Assembly (NCBI GenBank): GCA_965261945.1
Contig: CBDHEF010000002.1
Location: 591,327 to 655,326, forward strand
Source of the DNA: Dehalococcoidia bacterium
GTDB taxonomy: Bacteria; Chloroflexota; Dehalococcoidia; Lucifugimonadales; UBA3495
Reading direction: 5' to 3'
Length of the DNA stretch: 64,000 nt
This document shows, one piece after another, positions 43,585 through 52,539 of this stretch. The notes beneath the pieces were generated by a model. The model saw nothing but the letters and a program-made list of their open reading frames with translations. It was not told the origin of the DNA and did no database searches. Numbering within the stretch: position 1 is the first letter of the stretch; every line of letters begins with the position of its first letter. The translations under genes and the position numbers were made by a program.

Positions 43585-44868
43585 TTGGCCGACCCAGACC
43601 ATGTGGGACTGGCCCGCGCCGGTTCCAGCGCCATCGCCCGGTGGCGTGAACTTACTTTCCGCAGCCCCAACGACCGCCTGCCCCGGTTCGACCTCGGCTA
43701 TCGCTTGGAAGACCGGGCCGCCAGCGAGACCTTTACCCCCGAGTTCATATATGGCCGGCCGACTCTCGACCTTGGGGGGGGCTTCCTCAGCGGCATCAAG
43801 CTGCCCGGGGCCGACCTGCGCCACGACAACCTGAGCGGGGCCGACCTGACCGGGGCGGACTTGCGCATGGCCGACCTGTCGGGGGCCAATCTCACCGGGG
43901 CGCACTTGTTCCGGGCCAGCCTTCCCCGCGCAAACCTGACCGGGGCACAGTTGGTTGGATGCACACTGACGCGCTCAAACCTCGCCAACGGTACATTGCG
44001 CCATGCGTTTCTCAAGGGCGCTGACCTGTCCTACGCCAGCCTGCCTTACGCCGACATCGAAAGGGCAGACCTGAGCGGGGCCGATCTGACCGGCACTGAC
44101 TTCTCGTGGGCGAATTTGAGCTACGCCGACTTGCGCGGGGCAACCCTGACCGGCACGTCGCTGGTGATGACCAACCTGACCGGCGCAGACTTGCGGGGCG
44201 CCAAGATCGTCAAGTCGGATTTTGAAAGCTCCATCCTGCACCGGGCCATGGCGGGTGGAACGTTGTTCGCCAACTGCGACCTCCGGTCAGTTATAGGGCT
44301 GGACTCCATGCTCCACGGAGCGCCCAGCACCATCGCGCTGGACACACTAGCCCGATCCGGGGGCAGGATTCCTCGCTTGTTCCTTCAGGGCGCGGGTGTG
44401 GCCGAGCCGTTAATCGCGGCGCAGGACGTTCTCACGGCCGAAGGAAGAACTTACCCGACGGTTTTGCTGATAAGCTCGATGGCGGATTCCGAGATGGCGG
44501 AGCGGCTTTGCCAAAAATTGTCAGAGGCCCACATCCCTGCCTGGGCCCTCTACCCAGACGACGAAGACGCGCTCAACTCCGGGGAGGCGTCGCTGGACCA
44601 TACCGTCTACTATGACCGGCTGGCCCTGCTCTGCACCGACGCCGCCTTGGAAAATCCGCTCGCCAGCCGCTATTTCGCTGAACTGGTACGCGCTGGAAGC
44701 CAGCCATCGGCCGCCCCGCTCATGGCCTTGGGCTTCGGCGAATTGTTCTACCAGAGGCAGGACCGCCTCTGCACCCGCCTGCGAAATGGCGATACCCTGG
44801 ATTTCCGCGGCGGAGAAGACCCGGCCTTGGAATCGCTGGTAAGAGAGTTGACCGCGCCGGTGCTTTAG
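43585..44868 (+). CDS. Pentapeptide-repeat protein with C-terminal TIR-like domain
   Basis: GAGGTG RBS and TTG start. About 30 A(D/N)LxG-type pentapeptide units span roughly residues 75-240. The C-terminal part of about 130 aa (TVLLISSMADSEMAERLCQKLSEAHIPAWAL...DRLALLCTDAALENPLASRYFAELV) follows the bacterial TIR strand/helix pattern. Confidence 0.7.
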   Translation: MADPDHVGLARAGSSAIARWRELTFRSPNDRLPRFDLGYRLEDRAASETFTPEFIYGRPTLDLGGGFLSGIKLPGADLRHDNLSGADLTGADLRMADLSGANLTGAHLFRASLPRANLTGAQLVGCTLTRSNLANGTLRHAFLKGADLSYASLPYADIERADLSGADLTGTDFSWANLSYADLRGATLTGTSLVMTNLTGADLRGAKIVKSDFESSILHRAMAGGTLFANCDLRSVIGLDSMLHGAPSTIALDTLARSGGRIPRLFLQGAGVAEPLIAAQDVLTAEGRTYPTVLLISSMADSEMAERLCQKLSEAHIPAWALYPDDEDALNSGEASLDHTVYYDRLALLCTDAALENPLASRYFAELVRAGSQPSAAPLMALGFGELFYQRQDRLCTRLRNGDTLDFRGGEDPALESLVRELTAPVL

Positions 44869-44884
44869 CCTTCGCCGGCGCCGC

Positions 44885-45229
44885 TTATTCCTTAAGAGTA
44901 TCCTTGCCCAGCATCAGGCAAGCCTCGCCCCACTGCCCGGCATCGGCGAGATCCCACTTGCCCGGCGAGCCAACGGGACGCAGCCGCAATCCTTCGCCGC
45001 CGCCGTAGACCAGCAGCACGACCCCCTCGCCGGAGTCTTCCGAGAGGGCGGCCATGGCTGGGCAGGCGCCGTCAGCCCCCCAGCCAGTAACATCGCACCA
45101 CGCATCTTCGCCCAGAGGGTTGGGGGCCATCACCCGCGAAATCAGGCTGGGGTCGTCCAGCAGGTCGAACATACGGTGCAAGTCCAGAGGGCTGTTGTCC
45201 CCGGCGGTCACTTCGACTTCGATTAGCAT
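44885..45229 (-). CDS. Hypothetical protein (114 aa)
   Basis: ORF with a GGGAG RBS, convergent with the pentapeptide/TIR-like gene. I recognise no family. Confidence 0.45.
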   Translation of the reverse strand: MLIEVEVTAGDNSPLDLHRMFDLLDDPSLISRVMAPNPLGEDAWCDVTGWGADGACPAMAALSEDSGEGVVLLVYGGGEGLRLRPVGSPGKWDLADAGQWGEACLMLGKDTLKE

Positions 45230-45277
45230 TGGGCTGGGCTCCCTGCGGCTAGGCGTTCAGTACATCCGAGGGGGCCT

Positions 45278-47149
45278 TTGTTGACACCCCTCTACCCCAC
45301 TTCTATCATACCCTTCAACCCATTCGGCGCAAGCGGCAATGGCCCTCACGCCGATTCAGATTTTGCAAAATCAAGCCTTCGGGGGTGCATTGTGGCCCTT
45401 GGAATCAGAACTCTCCGCCCATTGGTGTCCGGCGCACAGCACATGATAGCAAGCGGCCACTACCTCGCCACCGCCGCAGGTTTCCGCATCCTGGAGCAGG
45501 GAGGCAACGCCACCGATGCCGGTGTGGCAGCGGGGATCGCCATCAATGTTACGCTGCCCCAGTGGACCGGGTTCGGCGGTGTGGCCCCGATAATCATCCA
45601 CGACGCTGCTAGGGGCGAGACCGTATCCATCAGCGGCTTGGGTCGGTGGCCCCAAGAGGCCAGCATTGAATACTTCAAGCAGCACCAGGGAGGCGACCTG
45701 CCGTCCGGTGTGCTGCGCACCGTAACGCCCGCCGCCGCCGATGCCTGGCTCACCGCGCTGCGGCTCTACGGCACCATGTCCTTCGAGCAGGTGGTCACCC
45801 CGGCCCTGGAGCTGGCGGAAGGCGGCTTCCCCATCCCTGCGACTCTGCATTCGGCTTTGGCGCGCACCGGCGACTCGCTCATCGGCGACTCCGACGGTGA
45901 TGGCCGCTGGCCGTCCACCGCTGCTGTGTTCTTCCCCGGCGGGCGGCGTCCCGACGTGGGTGACATCCTGGTGCAGAAGGACCTGGCCCGCACCTTCCGC
46001 CGTCTCATCGACGTCGAGAGGGACCACGCCGGAAAAGGGCGGGAAGCGGCATTGCAGGCGGCCCGCGATTTCTTTTACAAGGGTGAAATAGCAGAGGAGG
46101 TTGTCAGCTTTGTTCGAGAGCAGGGCGGTCTCCTGAGCATGGCGGACATGGCAGAGTTCAGCGTTGGAGTGGATACTCCCCCGTCCATTGATTACAAAGG
46201 CATCGAGGTTTACGCCTGCGGCCCGTGGTGCCAGGGGCCGGTGAACCTCCAGGCGTTGCAAATCCTGGAGGGGATCGACCTGCGCGGCATGGGCCACAAC
46301 ACTGCCGCATACGCTCACACTGTTCTGGAAGCCCTGAAACTGTCCTTCAGTGACCGCGAGGCATACATCGGAGACCCCGACTTCGTGGATGTTCCGATGG
46401 AGGGCCTGCTGTCCAAGTCCTACGCCGTCGAGCGGCGGGCCGCCATAGACCCGCGCCACGCTGCCCCGGAGATGCCGCAGGCCGGCGACCCGTGGCCGCA
46501 CCAGGGAATGCCCGCCCGCAACGGCCACCCGGCCCGGCCCGAGGCGGTGGCAGGGGGCCTGCCCGCCGACACCAGCTACGCCTGCGTGGTTGACCGCTGG
46601 GGCAACGCATTTTCGGCCACGCCGAGCGACAGCTTCGGCACTTCCCCGATTATTCCCGGGCTGGGATTCATCGCGTCATCACGTGGCTCTCAAATCTGGC
46701 TGGACCCGGAACATCCCAGCGCCCTGGTCCCCGGCAAGCGGCCCCGGCTGACCCCCAACCCGGCGCTGGCGATGCGCAACGGCAAGCCGCTGATGCCCTT
46801 CGGCACCCCCGGTGGCGACGTGCAGCCGCAGTCCATGGTCCAGTTGTTCCTTAACGTGGTGGAGTTCGGAATGGACGTGCAGCAGGCGGTGGAGGCGCCC
46901 CGGTTCTCGACCTGGAGCTTCCCCAACTCCTTCTGGCCCCACGCCTATCATCCCGGTCTGGTCGGCGTGGAAGGCCGCCTCGATTCACAGGTGGCAAGCG
47001 AGCTTTCCCGCCTCGGCCACAAGGTGGAGGTGTGGGACGACTTCACGCCCCGCATGGGCTGCCTCTGTGCCGTGCAGGTTGACCAGGAGCGCGGTGGACG
47101 CAGCGGCGGCGCCGACCCCCGCCGCGACGGCTACGCGATGGGACGTTAG
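45278..47149 (+). CDS. Gamma-glutamyltransferase family protein
   Basis: GGNATDAGVAAG near the N-terminus. The autoprocessing site region is PADTSYACVVDRWGNAFSATPS. GDVQPQ lies near the C-terminus. TTG start with a GAGGGGG RBS; GTG 45392 is also possible. Confidence 0.85.
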   Translation: MLTPLYPTSIIPFNPFGASGNGPHADSDFAKSSLRGCIVALGIRTLRPLVSGAQHMIASGHYLATAAGFRILEQGGNATDAGVAAGIAINVTLPQWTGFGGVAPIIIHDAARGETVSISGLGRWPQEASIEYFKQHQGGDLPSGVLRTVTPAAADAWLTALRLYGTMSFEQVVTPALELAEGGFPIPATLHSALARTGDSLIGDSDGDGRWPSTAAVFFPGGRRPDVGDILVQKDLARTFRRLIDVERDHAGKGREAALQAARDFFYKGEIAEEVVSFVREQGGLLSMADMAEFSVGVDTPPSIDYKGIEVYACGPWCQGPVNLQALQILEGIDLRGMGHNTAAYAHTVLEALKLSFSDREAYIGDPDFVDVPMEGLLSKSYAVERRAAIDPRHAAPEMPQAGDPWPHQGMPARNGHPARPEAVAGGLPADTSYACVVDRWGNAFSATPSDSFGTSPIIPGLGFIASSRGSQIWLDPEHPSALVPGKRPRLTPNPALAMRNGKPLMPFGTPGGDVQPQSMVQLFLNVVEFGMDVQQAVEAPRFSTWSFPNSFWPHAYHPGLVGVEGRLDSQVASELSRLGHKVEVWDDFTPRMGCLCAVQVDQERGGRSGGADPRRDGYAMGR

Positions 47150-47214
47150 CCAACAAGATTAATAAGATGTAACGCACGGCTTCGCGCCCCATAGGGACGA
47201 ACCCGCAATTTCAA

Positions 47215-47238
47215 GTAGGGGCGCACAGTTGTGCGCCC
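47215..47238. repeat. GTAGGGGCGCAC...GTGCGCCC hairpin repeat between convergent genes (bidirectional terminator-like)
   Basis: GGGCGCACA / TGTGCGCCC arms. It lies between the ggt-like stop (47149) and the SDR stop (47252). Confidence 0.5.
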
Positions 47239-47251
47239 TTCCCCGTATCGC

Positions 47252-48007
47252 CTACTCAGCCGTGCGCCCGCCGTCGATTACCAGTTCGGACCCGGTCATG
47301 AAGGACGCTTCGTCCGACGCCAGGAACAATACTCCGTAAGCCACGTCCTCCGGCGTTCCCAGCCGACCGAGGGGAGTGCGGTTGATGCGGTCCTGACGGT
47401 AGTCGTCGTCGGACAGTATGGGAGCGGTCATCAGCGTCTCTATGGTGCCGGGGTGTACCGAGTTGCAGCGTATGCCGTCACGGGCGTGCTGGATGGCCGT
47501 GGACTTGGTGAAGAGCCGCACCGCGCCCTTGGATGCAGTGTAAGCGGACGACATAAAGTTGCCGACCAGCCCTGCAACCGACGATATGTTGACGATTGAC
47601 CCGCCTCCGTTCTCCCGCATAGCCGGGATCGCGGCCTTGGTGCCGAGAAACACTCCCTTGGCGTTGATGTCCATCACTTGGTTCCACTCTTCCGACGAAG
47701 TGTCCACCACATTGTGAGTGCGGTAAATGCCCGCGTTGTTGACCAGAATGTCCAGCTTGCCAAAGCGGTCAACCGCCTCGCCTACCGCCGCCTGCCATGA
47801 CTCTTCGCTGGTAACGTCCAGCCGGACGAAGACGCACTCGCCGCCAGACTCGTTGATCTCGGCCTCGGTGCGCCGCCCCTCATCCTCCAGCACGTCGCCG
47901 ATTACGACCCTGGCTCCTTCCTGAGCAAACATTCTGGCCTCCACCGCCCCCATGCCGCGAGCGCCGCCGCTGATTAGGGCAACCTTATTTTCCAAACGCA
48001 TCGCCAT
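47252..48007 (-). CDS. SDR-family oxidoreductase (3-hydroxysteroid / glucose dehydrogenase-like)
   Basis: VALISGGARGMG...NNAGI...SS.AG......SAYTASKGA...PLGRLG.PEDVA. Confidence 0.9.
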   Translation of the reverse strand: MAMRLENKVALISGGARGMGAVEARMFAQEGARVVIGDVLEDEGRRTEAEINESGGECVFVRLDVTSEESWQAAVGEAVDRFGKLDILVNNAGIYRTHNVVDTSSEEWNQVMDINAKGVFLGTKAAIPAMRENGGGSIVNISSVAGLVGNFMSSAYTASKGAVRLFTKSTAIQHARDGIRCNSVHPGTIETLMTAPILSDDDYRQDRINRTPLGRLGTPEDVAYGVLFLASDEASFMTGSELVIDGGRTAE

Positions 48008-48205
48008 TCCTCCGCAGGTATCTGAGATTCCAACGCTGCTACGATTGTAGTTGCTTGGCCCGTCCAGTCAAGAACGGGCCAGGATGATGGCGCTGGCGCA
48101 GAGTATTTTGCTTGCCGCCTCTCCTCCTGGAGGAAAGCTGGGGTGGGGATTCCCGGTTGTGAGCTAACATTGATTGAAAGGTAGGAACCGCGCATATAAA
48201 ATGCG

Positions 48206-48736
48206 GTGGCGCTTTCGGCCCCTTTGCAGAAAACAATGCAGCTTCAACTCAATGGCGTTTGCCTGCGATTCCTAATTCTCGCACTGCTGGCTCTAGCATC
48301 TGCCTGCGGTGGAGAGACCGCGCGGGATTTCGAGGTGGAGTTGTTCGACGGCGGGCGGTTCCGGCTGTCCGAGCAGTATGATGGGAACGTGGTGGTGGTC
48401 AACTTCTGGTATCCCAGTTGCGCTCCCTGCCGCGATGAAATGCCGGAGTTTCAAAAAGCCTGGGAAGAATTGGACGGGGACTCGGTGCGCTTCCTGGGGC
48501 TGTTCGTGCCGCGAGGCTTTGACACCGAGCAGGCGGCGCGGGAATTCGTGGCGGACTTGGGGCTTACCTTCGACTTCGCCACCGACCGGCGGGAGACCAT
48601 CGCCACGGCCTACGGCATCGAATTCTACCCGACAACCTGGTTCATAGACCGGGGAGGACGGGTGGCGGCCACCCACGTCAGCGCCCTCGACGCGGGCCGA
48701 ATCACCGGTATCGTGCGTGAGCTGAATGGCCAATAG
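48206..48736 (+). CDS. TlpA/ResA-like thiol-disulfide oxidoreductase lipoprotein
   Basis: Lipobox LASAC-G and thioredoxin-fold active site WYPSCAPCRDEMP. The start is uncertain (GTG 48206 or ATG 48236). Confidence 0.8.
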   Translation: MALSAPLQKTMQLQLNGVCLRFLILALLALASACGGETARDFEVELFDGGRFRLSEQYDGNVVVVNFWYPSCAPCRDEMPEFQKAWEELDGDSVRFLGLFVPRGFDTEQAAREFVADLGLTFDFATDRRETIATAYGIEFYPTTWFIDRGGRVAATHVSALDAGRITGIVRELNGQ

Positions 48737-48778
48737 CGTTACGGAGGGACCCGAAAGGGAGCAAAGGCTTCGAGCCGG

Positions 48779-49270
48779 ATGTCAATGGGCGTATTAGACT
48801 GGATCCTAGTTGTAATACGATGGGGGCACGCGCTGTCGGCGGTGGCCTGGGTCGGTGGCGGCGCCTTCTACCTGCTGGTGCTGCGTCCGGCCATCCGGCG
48901 CTCGCAGGGGCTGCCGCCTGAAACCGGCGCGGCTATTCGAGACGAGTTCCGGGGGTTGGTTACAACCGCCATCGCCGTGCTGCTGCTGACCGGCGCAATC
49001 CTGTCGGTGGCGAGGCTGACCGGGGATGCGGCGACAGTTCCCTACGCAATTGTTCTCGGGGTGAAAATCACGCTGGCGCTGTATATGTTCTATGTGGTGC
49101 GCTTCGTGCGCCGGGGCGACTATGGAGACCGTGAAGATACGGGAGGCAGCTGGCTGAGGCGCGCCGTCCAGCGCCTGACCACCCCGATGGCCCTGCTGGT
49201 CATAGGAATAGTGGTCATCGGCCTGTCCGACGTGTTGGACGCGCTGATTGAGGACGCGCTGGTTTCCTGA
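48779..49270 (+). CDS. Four-TM membrane protein, CopD-like (putative)
   Basis: RWGHALSAVAWVGGGAFYLLVLRP resembles the CopD H..a..W.GG motif. Four hydrophobic helices are present. Confidence 0.5.
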   Translation: MSMGVLDWILVVIRWGHALSAVAWVGGGAFYLLVLRPAIRRSQGLPPETGAAIRDEFRGLVTTAIAVLLLTGAILSVARLTGDAATVPYAIVLGVKITLALYMFYVVRFVRRGDYGDREDTGGSWLRRAVQRLTTPMALLVIGIVVIGLSDVLDALIEDALVS

Positions 49271-49301
49271 CGGCGCCAGGAATCGAAAGGAGTTGTGTAG
49301 C

Positions 49302-49493
49302 TTGAAGAAAGACCTGATGGAGATACTGGCCTGCCCGGTGTGCAAGGGCGAGCTGGAACTGAGGGTGGAAGAGGAAGAGGGCGACGAAGTGGTGGCGGGT
49401 GCATTGTTCTGTGCCGCCTGCGATGAGTCCTATCCCATTGAGGACACCATTCCCAACCTGTTGCCGCCGGAGCTTCGCCGTCAACTGGCGTAG
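49302..49493 (+). CDS. Trm112/UPF0434 family zinc-ribbon protein
   Basis: AGGAG RBS before TTG 49302. LACPVCKGEL......L.C..C...YPI.D.IPNLL. Confidence 0.75.
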   Translation: MKKDLMEILACPVCKGELELRVEEEEGDEVVAGALFCAACDESYPIEDTIPNLLPPELRRQLA

Positions 49494-49583
49494 GCTCCCA
49501 ACCGTTCTCCTCAGTTTCCTGAGGAAGAACGGCTGGAAAGCAGGTGGCTGACCCCTGGTTGGAGCCGGAGGGTCGTTGAAGCT

Positions 49584-49634
49584 CCCTCTCCCTTGGAATG
49601 CGGTAGGGGAGAGGGCGTTTCCCTAACCCTCGCC
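49584..49634. repeat. REP-like repeat (composite copy) overlapping the 3' end of the selenoprotein candidate
   Basis: CCCTCTCCC-N14-GGGAGAGGGCG-TTTCCCTAACCCTCGCC. The last codons (..GEG) and stop of the minus-strand gene lie inside it. Confidence 0.6.
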
Positions 49635-50165
49635 CGTGAGTACCTGTACGACCAGCGGGGCCAATTGCTCGGCGCGGGAGCGCAGGGCCTCGCGGCTGAG
49701 GTTCTCGATGGGGTGTTCGGTGTAGATTGTCGGGTAGTCCGGTGCGCCCCACATCCGGGCCATGCCGGTGGCCGTCGGCACGAAGCGGTCGGTGCAGATG
49801 GTGGCCGAGGGGATGCCGGCGTTCTCAACGTGGATTCCGTCGTGCACACTGCACGCGCTGCAAGACCCTCAATCGCCGATAGCGATGATCACGGAATCGC
49901 ACTCCTGCGCCAGTTCCGCGATGGCCGCGGGGTCGGCAGGCCGCGAGGCGCTTGGCTTGCGGTGCCACTTGACGCTGGTAATTTCGTATCTTGTCCGCAG
50001 CAGGTCTGCCAGTTCCTCCAGCAGCACATCGGCGTTGCGCTTGCTGTCGTCGATGAGGCCCAGCCGGGTACCGGCCAGACTTGCCAGGCGCGGGGCGCCG
50101 TTGAATGGAGCGATCACCGGCTGCGTTACCGGATTGACCAGAACGTGCTCATTGGTCTGGACCAT
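49623..50165 (-). CDS. Candidate selenoprotein (UGSC-motif protein) with in-frame UGA at 49869..49871
   Basis: ORFs 49869..50165 and 49623..49847 share one frame. They are separated only by TGA plus 7 sense codons. Read-through gives 180 codons: ...CDSVIIAIGD-U-GSCSACSVHDGIHVENAGIPS... A hairpin follows the UGA. Confidence 0.6.
49841..49855 (-). other. Candidate bacterial SECIS hairpin
   Basis: On the minus strand, CGUGCA-GUG-UGCACG (6-bp stem with a GUG apical loop) starts 13 nt 3' of the UGA. Confidence 0.4.
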
Positions 50166-50187
50166 AGCTCTCTCCTGACAATTGGTT

Positions 50188-50215
50188 CCCTCTCCCCTTG
50201 GGAAAGGGTTAGGGC
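50188..50215 (+). repeat. REP-like intergenic repeat
   Basis: CCCTCTCCCCTTGGGAAAGGGTTAGGGC lies between the 352-aa gene and the selenoprotein candidate. Confidence 0.6.
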
Positions 50216-50222
50216 TTTCTCC

Positions 50223-51281
50223 TCAGCGTATCACCTTGGTCACAGCTGTGCTGCCCACTTTGGGCCCCCAACTGGGGATCACTGACGACATATTGGATTC
50301 CTCGCCGCCAGCGAAGACCAGGAGTATGTCGGAAGGGCCGGGAATCAGCGGTACCGTGGTGGATTCATCGCCCAACTGCAGGTCGCCCGCCAGTACCTGC
50401 GCCAGTTTCAGCTCCGCAGTCGTGCGCTTGGCCCGCTGGAAGATGAAATCGCGTATCTGCTCCTTGCTCCAATCCTTCCACAACCCCGAATTGCCAGCGA
50501 TTGTAACCACAATCTGACCTTGCCGTACACCAGTCCCGGTCTCACCTACTGAGCCTGACGTGGACATGTTGGTGCCCAGAGTCGAGGCAACATCGGAGAT
50601 GGCGAGGAGTATCGCCTCCGGGCGGCCCACGGCGCGCACCTGCCGGGGCGACTCCCCGGCGAACACGGTCACCGCGCTCTGCTCCAGCTGCAAGCCGCGC
50701 TCTACGTGCAACGGCGTCCAGTGAGTCTCGGTCTCCGCCTCGGCGATGCAGTAGGTGTACTTGCCGGGATGCCCGATGACGCTGCGGTCGAACACGCCGG
50801 GAATGGCGGCGCAGGCGTTCATCAGGACGAGGCGGATGGCCCGGCCGATGGTGGCGTTGGCCCGGTTGCCCGGCCCGAACAGGTTGTTGCGGGCGTTGAT
50901 GTTCAGCTCCCGCACCACCGGGCCGTTGACGATGGTCAGGATGGCCGAGCCGCCCATACTGGACGACGGCCCGACGAGGTTGAACACCGGGTCAAGCATT
51001 GCCTCGGTGGCGGTCAGCACCACCGGCATATACTCCGGCAGGCACCCGGCCATCACCGCGTTGGCCGCCACCTTGCCCACCGTAATCTCGCGCCTCCGCT
51101 CCGGCAACTCGCCGACCACTTCGCCCGCCGGACGCCCCGTCTGCTCAATGAACTCCGCGACGCGGGCCTCCGTTGGAGGCACAACGGGAAGGCCGTCGGT
51201 CCAGCCAAGCTCGTAGCACCGCTCGATGGCTTCCAGCGCGCTGTCCCACTGGACGGTTGTGGTTTCGCCGATTTCACTCAA
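50223..51281 (-). CDS. Conserved-looking hypothetical protein (352 aa)
   Basis: Long ORF with native GC, TTG start and a GAGGAG RBS. Motifs include ELGWTDGLPVVPPT and AANAVMAGCLPEYMPVV. I cannot name a family. Confidence 0.65.
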   Translation of the reverse strand: MSEIGETTTVQWDSALEAIERCYELGWTDGLPVVPPTEARVAEFIEQTGRPAGEVVGELPERRREITVGKVAANAVMAGCLPEYMPVVLTATEAMLDPVFNLVGPSSSMGGSAILTIVNGPVVRELNINARNNLFGPGNRANATIGRAIRLVLMNACAAIPGVFDRSVIGHPGKYTYCIAEAETETHWTPLHVERGLQLEQSAVTVFAGESPRQVRAVGRPEAILLAISDVASTLGTNMSTSGSVGETGTGVRQGQIVVTIAGNSGLWKDWSKEQIRDFIFQRAKRTTAELKLAQVLAGDLQLGDESTTVPLIPGPSDILLVFAGGEESNMSSVIPSWGPKVGSTAVTKVIR

Positions 51282-51297
51282 TGGTAAGTTGCTCCTC

Positions 51298-52278
51298 TTA
51301 AATTAGCTCTTGCAGGCGGGGTGTAAACACTTTACGAAACAGAAACAATTTTTGGACCATCCAATCTTGGAACTCGTCCCAAGATTCCGTGTCTTGGAAC
51401 ACATTGCCGTCGCGGTAAATGGCTACCCGGGTGTGCCGTTTCTTCCCTGCGGCAGGTTCCCAAGCATCCCATTCGTCCAGCTTAGAATCCACTAGGGCCA
51501 CCCCAATGCTTTCTCTGTCTTGCTCCAATGCCTGAAAGATCATTTGGTTCCACTGAGGCCCTTCGTCTCCCCTTTTGTCTACATACAACTCAAGTCCCGG
51601 CTTGCCGTCGTGCCAAATAGCCGCGTACCAGGCGCGACTTAACGGATGCTCAATGACGATATACCGGGCAGGGCTCAGACGTCTATATGCACGGACGAGA
51701 ATCCCGTTTCCCCGCATCTTTTCGACTAGACTCAGACGAAAGGTGCGGCTCAGCTCGTGGCGAGGCGACAAAGGATCTTGCCGGGACGACGACTGCACTC
51801 TACTCTTGCGCCATTCGTTCGGAGTGGCAACTACCTTGAAATAAGGGGCGTAGGGAGAGTTACCGATCTTGAATAACTCGACCACCACTCCAAAGAACTC
51901 GGTATCCTCGCCAGTGCGCTGGTTGAGCCAATCCAGCGCCTGACGGTGTTCGTCGCGGAACTCGCGTGTCAGCCAGACTATCACGTTGGCGTCATACCCG
52001 GCGGCGTAGGTCAGTAGCTTGCCCAAGTGGTCGTGATTGGTTTGTTCGAGCTGATTCTCGATGATTACTGGGCGGTTCTGATTAAGGTCTGTCGCCAGCA
52101 CGTCCAGCGAATAGCCGCCTACTGCCGCCTCTGTTTGCTGTAGCTCCAGGTCCATCCCGAGCGCTTCGCCCAACTCGGCTATGTTTTCGGCCAACCACGG
52201 AGTGAAATCCTGCGCCTCGTTGGGCCAGGCTTCGCGCAGGTCAACCCGCTCGATTTTCGCCAGGTTCGGTGTGGTCAT
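51298..52278 (-). CDS. PD-(D/E)XK nuclease-fold / DUF4268-like protein
   Basis: The N-terminus reads W.NEAQDFTPWLAENI..LG..LGMDLEL.QTE..VGGYSLDVLATD......VIIENQLEQTNHDHLGKLLTYA (restriction-endonuclease-like D...E.Q/K core). The C-terminal half (FFGVVVELFKIGNSPYAPYF) resembles DUF4268. The region is low-GC. Confidence 0.65.
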   Translation of the reverse strand: MTTPNLAKIERVDLREAWPNEAQDFTPWLAENIAELGEALGMDLELQQTEAAVGGYSLDVLATDLNQNRPVIIENQLEQTNHDHLGKLLTYAAGYDANVIVWLTREFRDEHRQALDWLNQRTGEDTEFFGVVVELFKIGNSPYAPYFKVVATPNEWRKSRVQSSSRQDPLSPRHELSRTFRLSLVEKMRGNGILVRAYRRLSPARYIVIEHPLSRAWYAAIWHDGKPGLELYVDKRGDEGPQWNQMIFQALEQDRESIGVALVDSKLDEWDAWEPAAGKKRHTRVAIYRDGNVFQDTESWDEFQDWMVQKLFLFRKVFTPRLQELI

Positions 52279-52285
52279 TCTTCCC

Positions 52286-52513
52286 CTACCTTCGATAGCG
52301 GGAAGATACGGTCTCTAACGCTCGCTTTATATGTAACCGTCTCTCTTGGGCTTCTGCACAGTCTTCTTCCCGTCGTTCTGTTCGTTCGTCCATAATTAGT
52401 CCTCTCAGTTCCTGTCGAGTCGCCCGAAGCTCCGACAACAGTATAAAAAAGGCAATGGTGCCCAAAATCACCAGGACAAGTAATGTCCAGAAGAAAAACT
52501 CGTAAGTTACCAC
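52286..52513 (-). CDS. Small single-pass membrane protein (75 aa)
   Basis: GAGGTG RBS 6 nt before GTG 52513. An N-terminal TM helix (FFFWTLLVLVILGTIAFFILL) is followed by a charged helix. It lies 7 nt upstream of the nuclease-fold gene. Confidence 0.5.
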   Translation of the reverse strand: MVTYEFFFWTLLVLVILGTIAFFILLSELRATRQELRGLIMDERTERREEDCAEAQERRLHIKRALETVSSRYRR

Positions 52514-52539
52514 AAGTTCACCTCGCTACGGCCTGAGAA

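Noticed and set aside
42505-43905. 466-aa minus-strand ORF
   Set aside because: Antisense to LLM paralog 3 and to the start of the pentapeptide gene. Low-complexity translation.
43780-44230. Periodic 15-nt-like DNA repetition (GGGGCCGACCTGAC...) that could be mistaken for a tandem repeat or CRISPR-like array
   Set aside because: The periodicity is coding: these are pentapeptide repeats (ADLSG/ANLTG) in one long ORF. There are no spacer-repeat alternation and no cas genes.
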